A stretch of DNA of 64,000 nt from Octopus sinensis (lineage: Eukaryota), in the NCBI RefSeq assembly GCF_006345805.1, contig NC_043019.1, positions 2,666,001-2,730,000 of the forward strand. The letters are read 5' to 3'. The translations under genes and the position numbers were made by a program. The notes under the pieces are model-generated. The model searched no databases. It was given only the letters and a program-made list of their open reading frames with translations, and had not been told where the DNA came from. Of this stretch, positions 1 to 12,838 are shown one piece after another; position 1 is the stretch's first letter, and each line of letters starts with the position of its first letter.

Positions 1-243
1 AGCTTTGTACTGTGTTAGAGGTCAGTGGGATTTGACATATTTAATAGTTCTGCAAAGAATGGCCAGATTCTGAGATGCATTTTAAAATTGTTGAGAATAT
101 TTGTTTACTAAGAGAGATATTCAGTGACAATAAACACTTGATTTAGAGAAGTTGTGAGTGACCTGACTGCATGCTATGCTAGAAGTTGGGGGAAGTTACA
201 GGTTTGATGATATTTTAACGAAAGAGTAGTAATGAATGGAATG

Positions 244-796
244 GCTCAGCATCAGACATGGTTTGTACAATGTTCGAAAACTGGAGTTTATAATGTGAAA
301 CTCGAGGATGTTAACTTTATTTAAGATTTTCTATCGGATTAGTGTATTGACCCAAGAAATGTGCAAAAAAGTGGAAAGGTTTATTGCTTTGACATAGGTG
401 TAGAACATTAAAAGGATCAATATAGTTTCGGGCATATTACACTTGATGCTATTGACAACATCACCTGTATGTACAGAAGAACAGGTACATGTGAAGGTCT
501 GCACATGGCCAGAACACAAATGCTTATGCTGTGAAATTGTGATATACATAGTGATCCTGATAACATTTTCCTTATAACAGATGGCATTTCCAACATTGAT
601 ACATTGCAAACAATACCAGAAGCCAAGACTCTTCATACAGAAAACATCCATAATTATGCTATTGGTATAGGTCTTTCAGAAAATACAAAACTCAATACAA
701 TTACATTATATTCACCAACAGGTAAAAGTTTCACTGTGGAAGATTTTAATGAATTTGAAGGTTTAAAGCATAAAATATTTAAATCTTACTGTCCTG
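244..796 (+). pseudogene. Degenerate VWA pseudo-exon (older, diverged unit of the array)
   Basis: Collinear with the array VWA exon (DFLSD..IDPRNV..LDAIDNI..GLHMARTQM..IFLITDGISNIDTLQTIPEA..SFTVEDFNEFEGLKHKIFKSYCP). Has in-frame stops (e.g. TAA 322-324, TAG 340-342) and no recognisable acceptor; the donor G|GTACAT after 796 is retained. Confidence 0.9.
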
Positions 797-1788
797 GTAC
801 ATTTATCATGCAAAATTTTAAACCTATTGTCATCAGTGTCGTCATTATCATCATATCTTTTGGTGTCAGTAAACAGCAGGAAATTGCAGCATTATTGGTC
901 ATACACGTTTGCTGTTTTGTATCTCATCTGTCTCCTTAGTCAATTGTCTGTGCAGTTGTGCAAGCTGCAATTCATGTTTACTAGATTGACATTTTTGTAT
1001 TTTCTTTATTGTCCAGTTGAATTCCGTTAGTATTTAATATGAATGGCATGTGTTGCTCTTTGTTGTTTGTACAATTGTTCTGATATTTTCCATGTGCCGT
1101 GAAAAAGAATACCAAACAGTGGGTTATTTTGATTTATTTCATTGAATCTTTAAGAGAAATAATTGACTTTTAAAAGAGGTCCTGATAAAGCATCTGCAAG
1201 AGTATAATGTTACGTGTGCTTATATGTGGTAATAAATGCAAGTAGAAACAATTCTATAGTGATGAAATATTGTTGTCTATTGTTTACATGGTGACACTGA
1301 GTAAAGTTTCCAAATTGAAATGGAAGCTTGAGACATTGTGTGTTGGATATTAATTCACAAAAAAGATGGTAAGAAAAAGAAATACCTATGAATAAATGCT
1401 GCTTTAATGAGCAATCTGCAAATACATGCTACTTGACAAACATTAAATGATAACAATGTTGGTGAAAATTATTGAATTATAATAACTGTGCTGTGTTTTA
1501 ATGGACATTACATTTTGTGATTGGATATTTGAATTTTTTCATGTATTTGAGAAATTCTGCTTCATTATGATATCATAGATTGAGTAAGGAAATATCTGTG
1601 TGGTGTTTTCAATGTTGTCATGGTTGTGTGGGTTTGGTTTTCTATGAGTCTATTTTAGATCATACATGTTATGTTTCTGGAATAATTTTATACTTTCCTT
1701 GAAATTGCATGAGGATAATGATAATTATCAATATGTATGGAATTGACAATGATGTTTGACATTTTTCTTGCCTTTTTCCACTTTACAG

Positions 1789-1827
1789 TAAGGCCCAAAA
1801 TAACGGATTCACATTCGAAGCCACCTG
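1789..1827 (+). CDS. Diverged 39-nt linker micro-exon, (V)RPKITDSHSKPP(G)
   Basis: ccactttacAG acceptor and GTAAGA donor; phase 1-1, no stop; same length and flanks as the array micro-exons. Confidence 0.7.
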
Positions 1828-3568
1828 GTAAGACATTTCGAATGTATTGCTTTTGGTTTTGTTAGTCTAAAATTAGATAGTTTGTGTGTAGGGATGTAAT
1901 AACAATTACTAAAGTAAATAAGTCCTAAATAAGAGAAAGTGTATCAGAATGTAGTTGTTAGTGATCGTTCATTTATGTGGTTATAGTGTTTAGGTTATCT
2001 TCTTGAATGAACACCTATGTTAAATTATTATGTATGTGTCAGTGTTAATTGATGGCTACCTTCCTATTCTTTAGGTCGTTTAGGACCTATTCTTTAGGTC
2101 CTTAGTCAATTGTCTGTGCAGTTGTGCAAGCTGCAATTCATGTTTACCTGGTTGACACTTTTGTATTTTTTTAATTGTCTATTTGAATTTTGTTAGTGTT
2201 TAATATCAATGACATTTGTTGCTCACTGTTGTTTGTACAATTGTTGTGTTATCTGCTGTGTGCAATGAAATGGTATGTCAGCAGTCTGTCATTTTGATGT
2301 TATTCATTGAATCTTAAAGAGAAAGAATTAACATAAACTTTTAAAGAATACTTGGCATCATCATGAGAATAATGTTATGTTTGCGTTTATGTAACAATAA
2401 ATGTAGATAGAAATAATTGCATAATTATGAAATATTCTTGTATGTTGTTCACGTGGGGACACTGAATAGAGTTTGCAAAACGATATAAGAAGGAATAGTA
2501 GCAGTGTGTCAGTTTGATGTTTTTCATTGAATCATAAAGAGAAATCACTGAGAAGAAAGAATAAGATGTATTGAATTTTGTTAGTATTTAATATGAATGA
2601 TATTTGTTGTTCTTCCTTGTTTGTACATTTCTTCTGATATCTACTGTATGCGGTGAAAAGTTGTTGCAGCAGTGTGTCCTTTTGCTGTTGTTCATTGAAT
2701 CTCATAGGGAAATAATCAACTTTAACAAGAAACAACATAGTATGTTGAGGAATACATTGCATCCGAATGAGTATAATGTTATGTGTGCGTATATGTGGCA
2801 ACAAATGCAAGTAGAAACAGTTGTATACTTACGAAATACAGTTGCGTGTTCTTCAGATGGTGACACAATAAATAAAGTTTGCAACACACGGAATAGACAT
2901 TAATTCACAAAAAAGATGGTTAGAGAAAAAAATAATTATGAATAAATGCTGCTTTAATAAGCACTCTGCAAATATCTTCCACTTGACAAACTTCAAAGTA
3001 TAACTATCGAGTTTACAGCTATTGAGTTATAATAATTGTGCTGTGGTTTATCTGTCATTAAATTTTGCCTTTGGATATTTGAAGTTGTTCATGTGTTCAA
3101 AAAATTATGATTCATGACAACGTCATAAATGGGTGACGAAAGTTCTGTGTGGTGATTTCAATGTTGTCATGGTTGGGTAAGTTTGGTTTTCTAACAATTT
3201 GTTCTAGATAGTAGATGTTACTTTGTGGAATGGCTTTATATTGCAGTTTGTTACTTGAAATTGAAATGGTATTTTCTATTAGTGAAAATAGATTATTGTG
3301 TATAGACACTTGATTGTCACTGTAATTTATTTCGAATGTATTGGTTTTAGTTTTGTTATCTACTGTAAATTAAGCTAGGGCCCATGTAAAAATGTAATTG
3401 CAATTACTAAAGGGAATGAGACCTAATTAAAGGAATGTATTTGTTAGTGGTCTTTAGCTTGTGCGATTAATGTTTATAGGTGTATAGGTGTTGATGTTCA
3501 ATGAACCACTATATTGAATTATTATGTATGCGTCAGTGTTAATTGATGGCTGCCTCCTTTTTGTTTAG

Positions 3569-4138
3569 GTCGTTGCAATACTGCTGAATCAGACATTGTG
3601 TTCGTTCTGGATTCTTCAACTAGCGTTACTGATGCAAACTTCAAGAAAATATTAGCTTTCATGAAAGATTTTCTGTCGGATGCTAGTATTGACTCAGGTA
3701 ATGTTCGAGTGGGGGCAGTGATTTATAGCACTGATGTAGAGGTGCAGTTTCATTTGAATCGCTACAGTTCCAAGCGTGATATCCTCGATGCTGTTGACAA
3801 CATTGCCTATGTGTATGGAAGCACAAATACATATGGAGGTCTGCACACAGCCAGAACACAGATGTTCACTGCAGAAAATGGTGACAGAGCCGGTGTTCCT
3901 AACATCATTTTCCTCATAACTGATGGCGTTTCCAACGTCAATGCTTTGCAAACGATACCAGAAGCGGAGGCTATTCGTGCAGAAAACATCCATATTTACG
4001 CTATAGGTATAGGCCTTGCAGAAACTACAGAACTCGACAAAATTGCATCATCTCCAGCAAGCGCTAACAGTTTCACTGTGGAAGATTTTAATGAGCTTCA
4101 AGGCTTAAAACACACGATATTTGAATCTTACTGTCCCG
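3569..4138 (+). CDS. VWA-domain exon, copy 1 (570 nt, phase 1-1); extracellular poly-VWA (collagen VI/matrilin-like) protein
   Basis: ttttgtttAG acceptor, G|GTACGT donor. Encodes RCNTAESDIVFVLDSSTSV (MIDAS DxSxS), GSTNT, LITDG, ending SYCP, with Cys at both domain ends. Confidence 0.92.
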
Positions 4139-5141
4139 GTACGTATATCTCGAAGAATATTACACCTGTCATCGTCCTCGTCGAAGTTGTCGTCGTTCCT
4201 TTGAATGGGGTGAACGTCTTGAGGTTGTAGCGTTTTCAGTTGTAAATGTTTGCTGTTTTGCACCTCATCTGTTTCCTTAGTGATCTTTTACACAGCTGTG
4301 CAAGCTGCGATTCTTGTTTACCTGGTTGATATTTTTGTAAATTCTTTATTGTGTGTTTGAATTTCTCTAGTGTTTAATATCAATGCTCTTTGTTTTCTGT
4401 ACATTTGATTTGATATCTGCTGATGCAGTGAAATGGAGTATGAGTTGTTTTGGTGTTATTCATTGAATCTAACAGAGCGATAATTGACTTTAAACAATAA
4501 TTTTCATCGCCATGATTGTGATGTCACGTGTGTGTATATGCAGCAATGAATGCATGTAGAAACAATTGCGTAGTTCTGAAGTATTCCTGTTTGTCGTTTA
4601 CATGGACACAGTGTGTGAATTGTTTGAAAGGACAGAAAAAGTGTGAAAATATGGTGAGTTAATTCACAAGAAACATGATGAGAAAAAGAAATACTTATGA
4701 ATAAATGCTGGTTTAATGAGCAATCTGATATATGCTCCACGTGAGACAATTTAAATGATAAGTATGTCGGTGAAAGTTATTGAAATTTAAGCATTGGTGC
4801 TGTGATTTTGACAAGCGGCATTACTTTTTGCGCTTGGATATTTAAGTTTTTCGTGTATTTGAAAGATTATGCTTGATTACGACATTGTAAAAGAATAATG
4901 AAAGTTGTTTCTGGTGTTTTCGATATTGTCGATGTTACGTAGGTTTGGTTTTTTATAAATCTGTTGTGTTTTTTTGCTGAAATTTCTATGGAATATTGTT
5001 TTAGTGAAATTAAGTTGTTTTATATAGAAAATTGATTGTCACTATGTATGTATGTATGTATGTAAGAGCAGAATAATAATTATCGGAATGTAGGAACTGA
5101 CGATTAATTTGAAATTCCTCTTGCCATTTTGCACTTTTCAG

Positions 5142-5180
5142 TAAAGTCCACAGAAACGATTGTCGATCGAAAGCCACCCG
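5142..5180 (+). CDS. Linker micro-exon 1, (V)KSTETIVDRKPP(G)
   Basis: gcacttttcAG acceptor, GTAAGA donor; 39 nt, keeps frame between VWA exons. Confidence 0.85.
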
Positions 5181-5427
5181 GTAAGACATTTCGAACGTAT
5201 TGATTTTGGTTTTGTTACCTAGTGTAAAAGAAGGCAGGGCCCGTGTAGAAATGTAATTACAATTACTAAAGGGAATGAGACCTAATTAAAGGAATGTATT
5301 TGTTAGTGGTCTTTAGCTTGTGCGATTAATGTTTATAGGTGTATAGGTGTTGATGTTCAATGAACCACTATATTGAATTATTATGTATGCGTCAGTGTTA
5401 ATTGATGGCTGCCTCCTTTTTGTTTAG

Positions 5428-5997
5428 GTCGTTGCAATACTGCTGAATCAGACATTGTGTTCGTTCTGGATTCTTCAACTAGCGTTACTGATGCAAACTT
5501 CAAGAAAATATTAGCTTTCATGAAAGATTTTCTGTCGGATGCTAGTATTGACTCGGGTAATGTTCGAGTGGGGGCAGTGATTTATAGCACTGATGTAGAG
5601 GTGCAGTTTCATTTGAATCGCTACAGTTCCAAGCGTGATATCCTCGATGCTGTTGACAACATTGCCTATGTGTATGGAAGCACAAATACATATGGAGGTC
5701 TGCACACAGCCAGAACACAGATGTTCACTGCAGAAAATGGTGACAGAGCCGGTGTTCCTAACATCATTTTCCTCATAACTGATGGCGTTTCCAACGTCAA
5801 TGCTTTGCAAACGATACCAGAAGCGGAGGCTATTCGTGCAGAAAACATCCATATTTACGCTATAGGTATAGGCCTTGCAGAAACTACAGAACTCGACAAA
5901 ATTGCATCATCTCCAGCAAGCGCTAACAGTTTCACTGTGGAAGATTTTAATGAGCTTCAAGGCTTAAAACACACGATATTTGAATCTTACTGTCCCG
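5428..5997 (+). CDS. VWA exon copy 2 (570 nt, intact)
   Basis: Same splice sites and translation as copy 1. Confidence 0.92.
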
Positions 5998-6988
5998 GTA
6001 CGTATATCTCGAAGAATATTACACCTGTCATCGTCCTCGTCGAAGTTGTCGTCGTTCCTTTGAATGGGGTGAACGTCTTGAGGTTGTAGCGTTTTCAGTT
6101 GTAAATGTTTGCTGTTTTGCACCTCATCTGTTTCCTTAGTGATCTGTTTACACAGCTGTGCAAGCTGCGATTCTTGTTTACCTGGTTGATATTTTTGTAA
6201 ATTCTTTATTGTGTGTTTGAATTTCTCTAGTGTTTAATATCAATGCTCTTTGTTTTCTGTACATTTGATTTGATATCTGCTGATGCAGTGAAATGGAGTA
6301 TGAGTTGTTTTGGTGTTATTCATTGAATCTAACAGAGCGATAATTGACTTTAAACAATAATTTTCATCGCCATGATTGTGATGTCACGTGTGTGTATATG
6401 CAGCAATGAATGCATGTAGAAACAATTGCGTAGTTCTGAAGTATTCCTGTTTGTCGTTTACATGGACACAGTGTGTGAATTGTCTGAAAGGACAGAAAAA
6501 GTGTGAAAATATGGTGAGTTAATTCACAAGAAACATGATGAGAAAAAGAAATACTTATGAATAAATGCTGGTTTAATGAGCAATCTGATATATGCTCCAC
6601 GTGAGACAATTTAAATGATAAGTATGTCGGTGAAAGTTATTGAAATTTAAGCATTGTGCTGTGTTTTGACAAGCGGCATTACTTTTTGCGCTTGGATATT
6701 TACAGTTTTTCGTGTATTTGAAAGATTATGCTTGATTACGACATTGTAAAAGAATAATGAAAGTTGTTTCTGGTGTTTTCGATATTGTCGATGTTACGTA
6801 GGTTTGGTTTTTTATAAATCTGTTGTGTTTTTTTGCTGAAATTTCTATGGAATATTGTTTTAGTGAAATTAAGTTGTTTTATATAGAAAATTGATTGTCA
6901 CTATGTATGTATGAGCAGAATAATAATTATCGGAATGTAGGAACTGACGATTAATTTGAAATTCCTCTTGCCATTTTGCACTTTTCAG

Positions 6989-7027
6989 TAAAGTCCACAG
7001 AAACGATTGTCGATCGAAAGCCACCCG
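6989..7027 (+). CDS. Linker micro-exon 2
   Basis: Identical 39-nt AG...GT exon. Confidence 0.85.
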
Positions 7028-7274
7028 GTAAGACATTTCGAACGTATTGATTTTGGTTTTGTTACCTAGTGTAAAAGAAGGCAGGGCCCGTGTAGAAATG
7101 TAATTACAATTACTAAAGGGAATGAGACCTAATTAAAGGAATGTATTTGTTAGTGGTCTTTAGCTTGTGCGATTAATGTTTATAGGTGTATAGGTGTTGA
7201 TGTTCAATGAACCACTATATTGAATTATTATGTATGCGTCAGTGTTAATTGATGGCTGCCTCCTTTTTGTTTAG

Positions 7275-7843
7275 GTCGTTGCAATACTGCTGAATCAGAC
7301 ATTGTGTTCGTTCTGGATTCTTCAACTAGCGTTACTGATGCAAACTTCAGAAAATATTAGCTTTCATGAAAGATTTTCTGTCGGATGCTAGTATTGACTC
7401 GGGTAATGTTCGAGTGGGGGCAGTGATTTATAGCACTGATGTAGAGGTGCAGTTTCATTTGAATCGCTACAGTTCCAAGCGTGATATCCTCGATGCTGTT
7501 GACAACATTGCCTATGTGTATGGAAGCACAAATACATATGGAGGTCTGCACACAGCCAGAACACAGATGTTCACTGCAGAAAATGGTGACAGAGCCGGTG
7601 TTCCTAACATCATTTTCCTCATAACTGATGGCGTTTCCAACGTCAATGCTTTGCAAACGATACCAGAAGCGGAGGCTATTCGTGCAGAAAACATCCATAT
7701 TTACGCTATAGGTATAGGCCTTGCAGAAACTACAGAACTCGACAAAATTGCATCATCTCCAGCAAGCGCTAACAGTTTCACTGTGGAAGATTTTAATGAG
7801 CTTCAAGGCTTAAAACACACGATATTTGAATCTTACTGTCCCG
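7275..7843 (+). CDS. VWA exon copy 3 (569 nt; 1-nt deletion near 7349, probable consensus error)
   Basis: cttcagaaaa versus cttcaagaaaa in the other copies; otherwise identical. Confidence 0.75.
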
Positions 7844-8849
7844 GTACGTATATCTCGAAGAATATTACACCTGTCATCGTCCTCGTCGAAGTTGTCGTCG
7901 TTCCTTTGAATGGGGTGAACGTCTTGAGGTTGTAGCGTTTTCAGTTGTAAATGTTTGCTGTTTTGCACCTCATCTGTTCCTTAGTGATCTGTTTACACAG
8001 CTGTGCAAGCTGCGATTCTTGTTTACCTGGTTGATATTTTTGTAAATTCTTTATTGTGTGTTTGAATTTCTCTAGTGTTTAATATCAATGCTCTTTGTTT
8101 TCTGTACATTTGATTTGATATCTGCTGATGCAGTGAAATGGAGTATGAGTTGTTTTGGTGTTATTCATTGAATCTAACAGAGCGATAATTGACTTTAAAC
8201 AATAATTTTCATCGCCATGATTGTGATGTCACGTGTGTGTATATGCAGCAATGAATGCATGTAGAAACAATTGCGTAGTTCTGAAGTATTCCTGTTTGTC
8301 GTTTACATGGACACAGTGTGTGAATTGTCTGAAAGGACAGAAAAAGTGTGAAAATATGGTGAGTTAATTCACAAGAAACATGATGAGAAAAAGAAATACT
8401 TATGAATAAATGCTGGTTTAATGAGCAATCTGATATATGCTCCACGTGAGACAATTTAAATGATAAGTATGTCGGTGAAATGAAGTTATTGAAATTTAAG
8501 CATTGTGCTGTGTTTTGACAAGCGGCATTCCTTTTTGCGCTTGGATATTTACAGTTTTTCGTGTATTTGAAAGATTATGCTTGATTACGACATTGTAAAA
8601 GAATAATGAAAGTTGTTTCTGGTGTTTTCGATATTGTCGATGTTACGTAGGTTTGGTTTTTTATAAATCTGTTGTGTTTTTTTGCTGAAATTTCTATGGA
8701 ATATTGTTTTAGTGAAATTAAGTTGTTTTATATAGAAAATTGATTGTCATTATATATGTATGTATGTATGTAAGAGCAGAATAATAATTATCGGAATGTA
8801 GGAACTGACGATTAATTTGAAATTCCTCTTGCCATTTTGCACTTTTCAG

Positions 8850-8888
8850 TAAAGTCCACAGAAACGATTGTCGATCGAAAGCCACCCG
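8850..8888 (+). CDS. Linker micro-exon 3
   Basis: Identical 39-nt AG...GT exon. Confidence 0.85.
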
Positions 8889-9135
8889 GTAAGACATTTC
8901 GAACGTATTGATTTTGGTTTTGTTACCTAGTGTAAAAGAAGGCAGGGCCCGTGTAGAAATGTAATTACAATTACTAAAGGGAATGAGACCTAATTAAAGG
9001 AATGTATTTGTTAGTGGTCTTTAGCTTGTGCGATTAATGTTTATAGGTGTATAGGTGTTGATGTTCAATGAACCACTATATTGAATTATTATGTATGCGT
9101 CAGTGTTAATTGATGGCTGCCTCCTTTTTGTTTAG

Positions 9136-9705
9136 GTCGTTGCAATACTGCTGAATCAGACATTGTGTTCGTTCTGGATTCTTCAACTAGCGTTACTGAT
9201 GCAAACTTCAAGAAAATATTAGCTTTCATGAAAGATTTTCTGTCGGATGCTAGTATTGACTCGGGTAATGTTCGAGTGGGGGCAGTGATTTATAGCACTG
9301 ATGTAGAGGTGCAGTTTCATTTGAATCGCTACAGTTCCAAGCGTGATATCCTCGATGCTGTTGACAACATTGCCTATGTGTATGGAAGCACAAATACATA
9401 TGGAGGTCTGCACACAGCCAGAACACAGATGTTCACTGCAGAAAATGGTGACAGAGCCGGTGTTCCTAACATCATTTTCCTCATAACTGATGGCGTTTCC
9501 AACGTCAATGCTTTGCAAACGATACCAGAAGCGGAGGCTATTCGTGCAGAAAACATCCATATTTACGCTATAGGTATAGGCCTTGCAGAAACTACAGAAC
9601 TCGACAAAATTGCATCATCTCCAGCAAGCGCTAACAGTTTCACTGTGGAAGATTTTAATGAGCTTCAAGGCTTAAAACACACGATATTTGAATCTTACTG
9701 TCCCG
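9136..9705 (+). CDS. VWA exon copy 4 (570 nt, intact)
   Basis: Same splice sites and translation as copy 1. Confidence 0.92.
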
Positions 9706-10701
9706 GTACGTATATCTCGAAGAATATTACACCTGTCATCGTCCTCGTCGAAGTTGTCGTCGTTCTTTGAATGGGGTGAACGTCTTGAGGTTGTAGCGTT
9801 TTCAGTTGTAAATGTTTGCTGTTTTGCACCTCATCTGTTTCCTTAGTGATCTGTTTACACAGCTGTGCAAGCTGCGATTCTTGTTTACCTGGTTGATATT
9901 TTTGTAAATTCTTTATTGTGTGTTTGAATTTCTCTAGTGTTTAATATCAATGCTCTTTGTTTTCTGTACATTTGATTTGATATCTGCTGATGCAGTGAAA
10001 TGGAGTATGAGTTGTTTTGGTGTTATTCATTGAATCTAACAGAGCGATAATTGACTTTAAACAATAATTTTCATCGCCATGATTGTGATGTCACGTGTGT
10101 GTATATGCAGCAATGAATGCATGTAGAAACAATTGCGTAGTTCTGAAGTATTCCTGTTTGTTTTACATGGACACAGTGTGTGAATTGTCTGAAAGGACAG
10201 AAAAAGTGTGAAAATATGGTGAGTTAATTCACAAGAAACATGATGAGAAAAAGAAATACTTATGAATAAATGCTGGTTTAATGAGCAATCTGATATATGC
10301 TCCACGTGAGACAATTTAAATGATAAGTATGTCGGTGAAAGTTATTGAAATTTAAGCATTGTGCTGTGTTTTGACAAGCGGCATTACTTTTTGCGCTTGG
10401 ATATTTACAGTTTTTCGTGTATTTGAAAGATTATGCTTGATTACGACATTGTAAAAGAATAATGAAAGTTGTTTCTGGTGTTTTCGATATTGTCGATGTT
10501 ACGTAGGTTTGGTTTTTTATAAATCTGTTGTGTTTTTTTGCTGAAATTTCTATGGAATATTGTTTTAGTGAAATTAAGTTGTTTTATATAGAAAATTGAT
10601 TGTCACTATGTATGTATGTATGTAAGAGCAGAATAATAATTATCGGAATGTAGGAACTGACGATTAATTTGAAATTCCTCTTGCCATTTTGCACCTTTCA
10701 G

Positions 10702-10740
10702 TAAAGTCCACAGAAACGATTGTCGATCGAAAGCCACCCG
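10702..10740 (+). CDS. Linker micro-exon 4
   Basis: Identical 39-nt AG...GT exon. Confidence 0.85.
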
Positions 10741-10987
10741 GTAAGACATTTCGAACGTATTGATTTTGGTTTTGTTACCTAGTGTAAAAGAAGGCAGGGC
10801 CCGTGTAGAAATGTAATTACAATTACTAAAGGGAATGAGACCTAATTAAAGGAGTGTATTTGTTAGTGGTCTTTAGCTTGTGCGATTAATGTTTATAGGT
10901 GTATAGGTGTTGATGTTCAATGAACCACTATATTGAATTATTATGTATGCGTCAGTGTTAATTGATGGCTGCCTCCTTTTTGTTTAG

Positions 10988-11558
10988 GTCGTTGCAATAC
11001 TGCTGAATCAGACATTGTGTTCGTTCTGGATTCTTCAACTAGCGTTACTGATGCAAACTTCAAGAAAATATTAGCTTTCATGAAAGATTTTCTGTCGGAT
11101 GCTAGTATTGACTCGGGGTAATGTTCGAGTGGGGGCAGTGATTTATAGCACTGATGTAGAGGTGCAGTTTCATTTGAATCGCTACAGTTCCAAGCGTGAT
11201 ATCCTCGATGCTGTTGACAACATTGCCTATGTGTATGGAAGCACAAATACATATGGAGGTCTGCACACAGCCAGAACACAGATGTTCACTGCAGAAAATG
11301 GTGACAGAGCCGGTGTTCCTAACATCATTTTCCTCATAACTGATGGCGTTTCCAACGTCAATGCTTTGCAAACGATACCAGAAGCGGAGGCTATTCGTGC
11401 AGAAAACATCCATATTTACGCTATAGGTATAGGCCTTGCAGAAACTACAGAACTCGACAAAATTGCATCATCTCCAGCAAGCGCTAACAGTTTCACTGTG
11501 GAAGATTTTAATGAGCTTCAAGGCTTAAAACACACGATATTTGAATCTTACTGTCCCG
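10988..11558 (+). CDS. VWA exon copy 5 (571 nt; extra G in a G-run near 11115, probable consensus error)
   Basis: actcggggta versus actcgggta. Confidence 0.75.
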
Positions 11559-12552
11559 GTACGTATATCTCGAAGAATATTACACCTGTCATCGTCCTCG
11601 TCGAAGTTGTCGTCGTTCCTTTGAATGGGGTGAACGTCTTGAGGTTGTAGCGTTTTCAGTTGTAAATGTTTGCTGTTTTGCACCTCATCTGTTTCCTTAG
11701 TGATCTGTTTACACAGCTGTGCAAGCTGCGATTCTTGTTTACCTGGTTGATATTTTTGTAAATTCTTTATTGTGTGTTTGAATTTCTCTAGTGTTTAATA
11801 TCAATGCTCTTTGTTTTCTGTACATTTGATTTGATATCTGCTGATGCAGTGAAATGGAGTATGAGTTGTTTTGGTGTTATTCATTGAATCTAACAGAGCG
11901 ATAATTGACTTTAAACAATAATTTTCATCGCCATGATTGTGATGTCACGTGTGTGTATATGCAGCAATGAATGCATGTAGAAACAATTGCGTAGTTCTGA
12001 AGTATTCCTGTTTGTCGTTTACATGGACACAGTGTGTGAATTGTCTGAAAGGACAGAAAAAGTGTGAAAATATGGTGAGTTAATTCACAAGAAACATGAT
12101 GAGAAAAAGAAATACTTATGAATAAATGCTGGTTTAATGAGCAATCTGATATATGCTCCACGTGAGACAATTTAAATGATAAGTATGTCGGTGAAAGTTA
12201 TTGAAATTTAAGTATTGTGCTGTGTTTTACAAGCGGCATTACTTTTTGCGCTTGGATATTTACAGTTTTTCGTGTATTTGAAAGATTATGCTTGATTACG
12301 ACATTGTAAAAGAATAATGAAAGTTGTTTCTGGTGTTTTCGATATTGTCGATGTTACGTAGGTTGGTTTTTTATAAATCTGTTGTGTTTTTTTGCTGAAA
12401 TTTCTATGGAATATTTTTTAGTGAAATTAAGTTGTTTTATATAGAAAATTGATTGTCACTATGTGTATGTATGTAAGAGCAGAATAATAATTATCGGAAT
12501 GTAGGAACTGACGATTAATTTGAAATTCCTCTTGCCATTTTGCACTTTTCAG

Positions 12553-12591
12553 TAAAGTCCACAGAAACGATTGTCGATCGAAAGCCACCCG
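12553..12591 (+). CDS. Linker micro-exon 5
   Basis: Identical 39-nt AG...GT exon. Confidence 0.85.
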
Positions 12592-12838
12592 GTAAGACAT
12601 TTCGAACGTATTGATTTTGGTTTTGTTACCTAGTGTAAAAGAAGGCAGGGCCCGTGTAGAAATGTAATTACAATTACTAAAGGGAATGAGACCTAATTAA
12701 AGGAATGTATTTGTTAGTGGTCTTTAGCTTGTGCGATTAATGTTTATAGGTGTATAGGTGTTGATGTTCAATGAACCACTATATTGAATTATTATGTATG
12801 CGTCAGTGTTAATTGATGGCTGCCTCCTTTTTGTTTAG

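Noticed and set aside
3598-4230. ORF-track 210-aa single-exon proteins starting MFVLDSS
   Set aside because: The start is an internal GTG and the last 30 aa are intron read-through; splice sites define a 570-nt internal exon instead.
3694-4749. Repeated antisense ORFs (MDVFCTNS.., MFSARIAS.., MSHVEHIS..) in every unit
   Set aside because: These are shadows of the VWA codon pattern or chance intronic ORFs; they recur only because the unit is duplicated.
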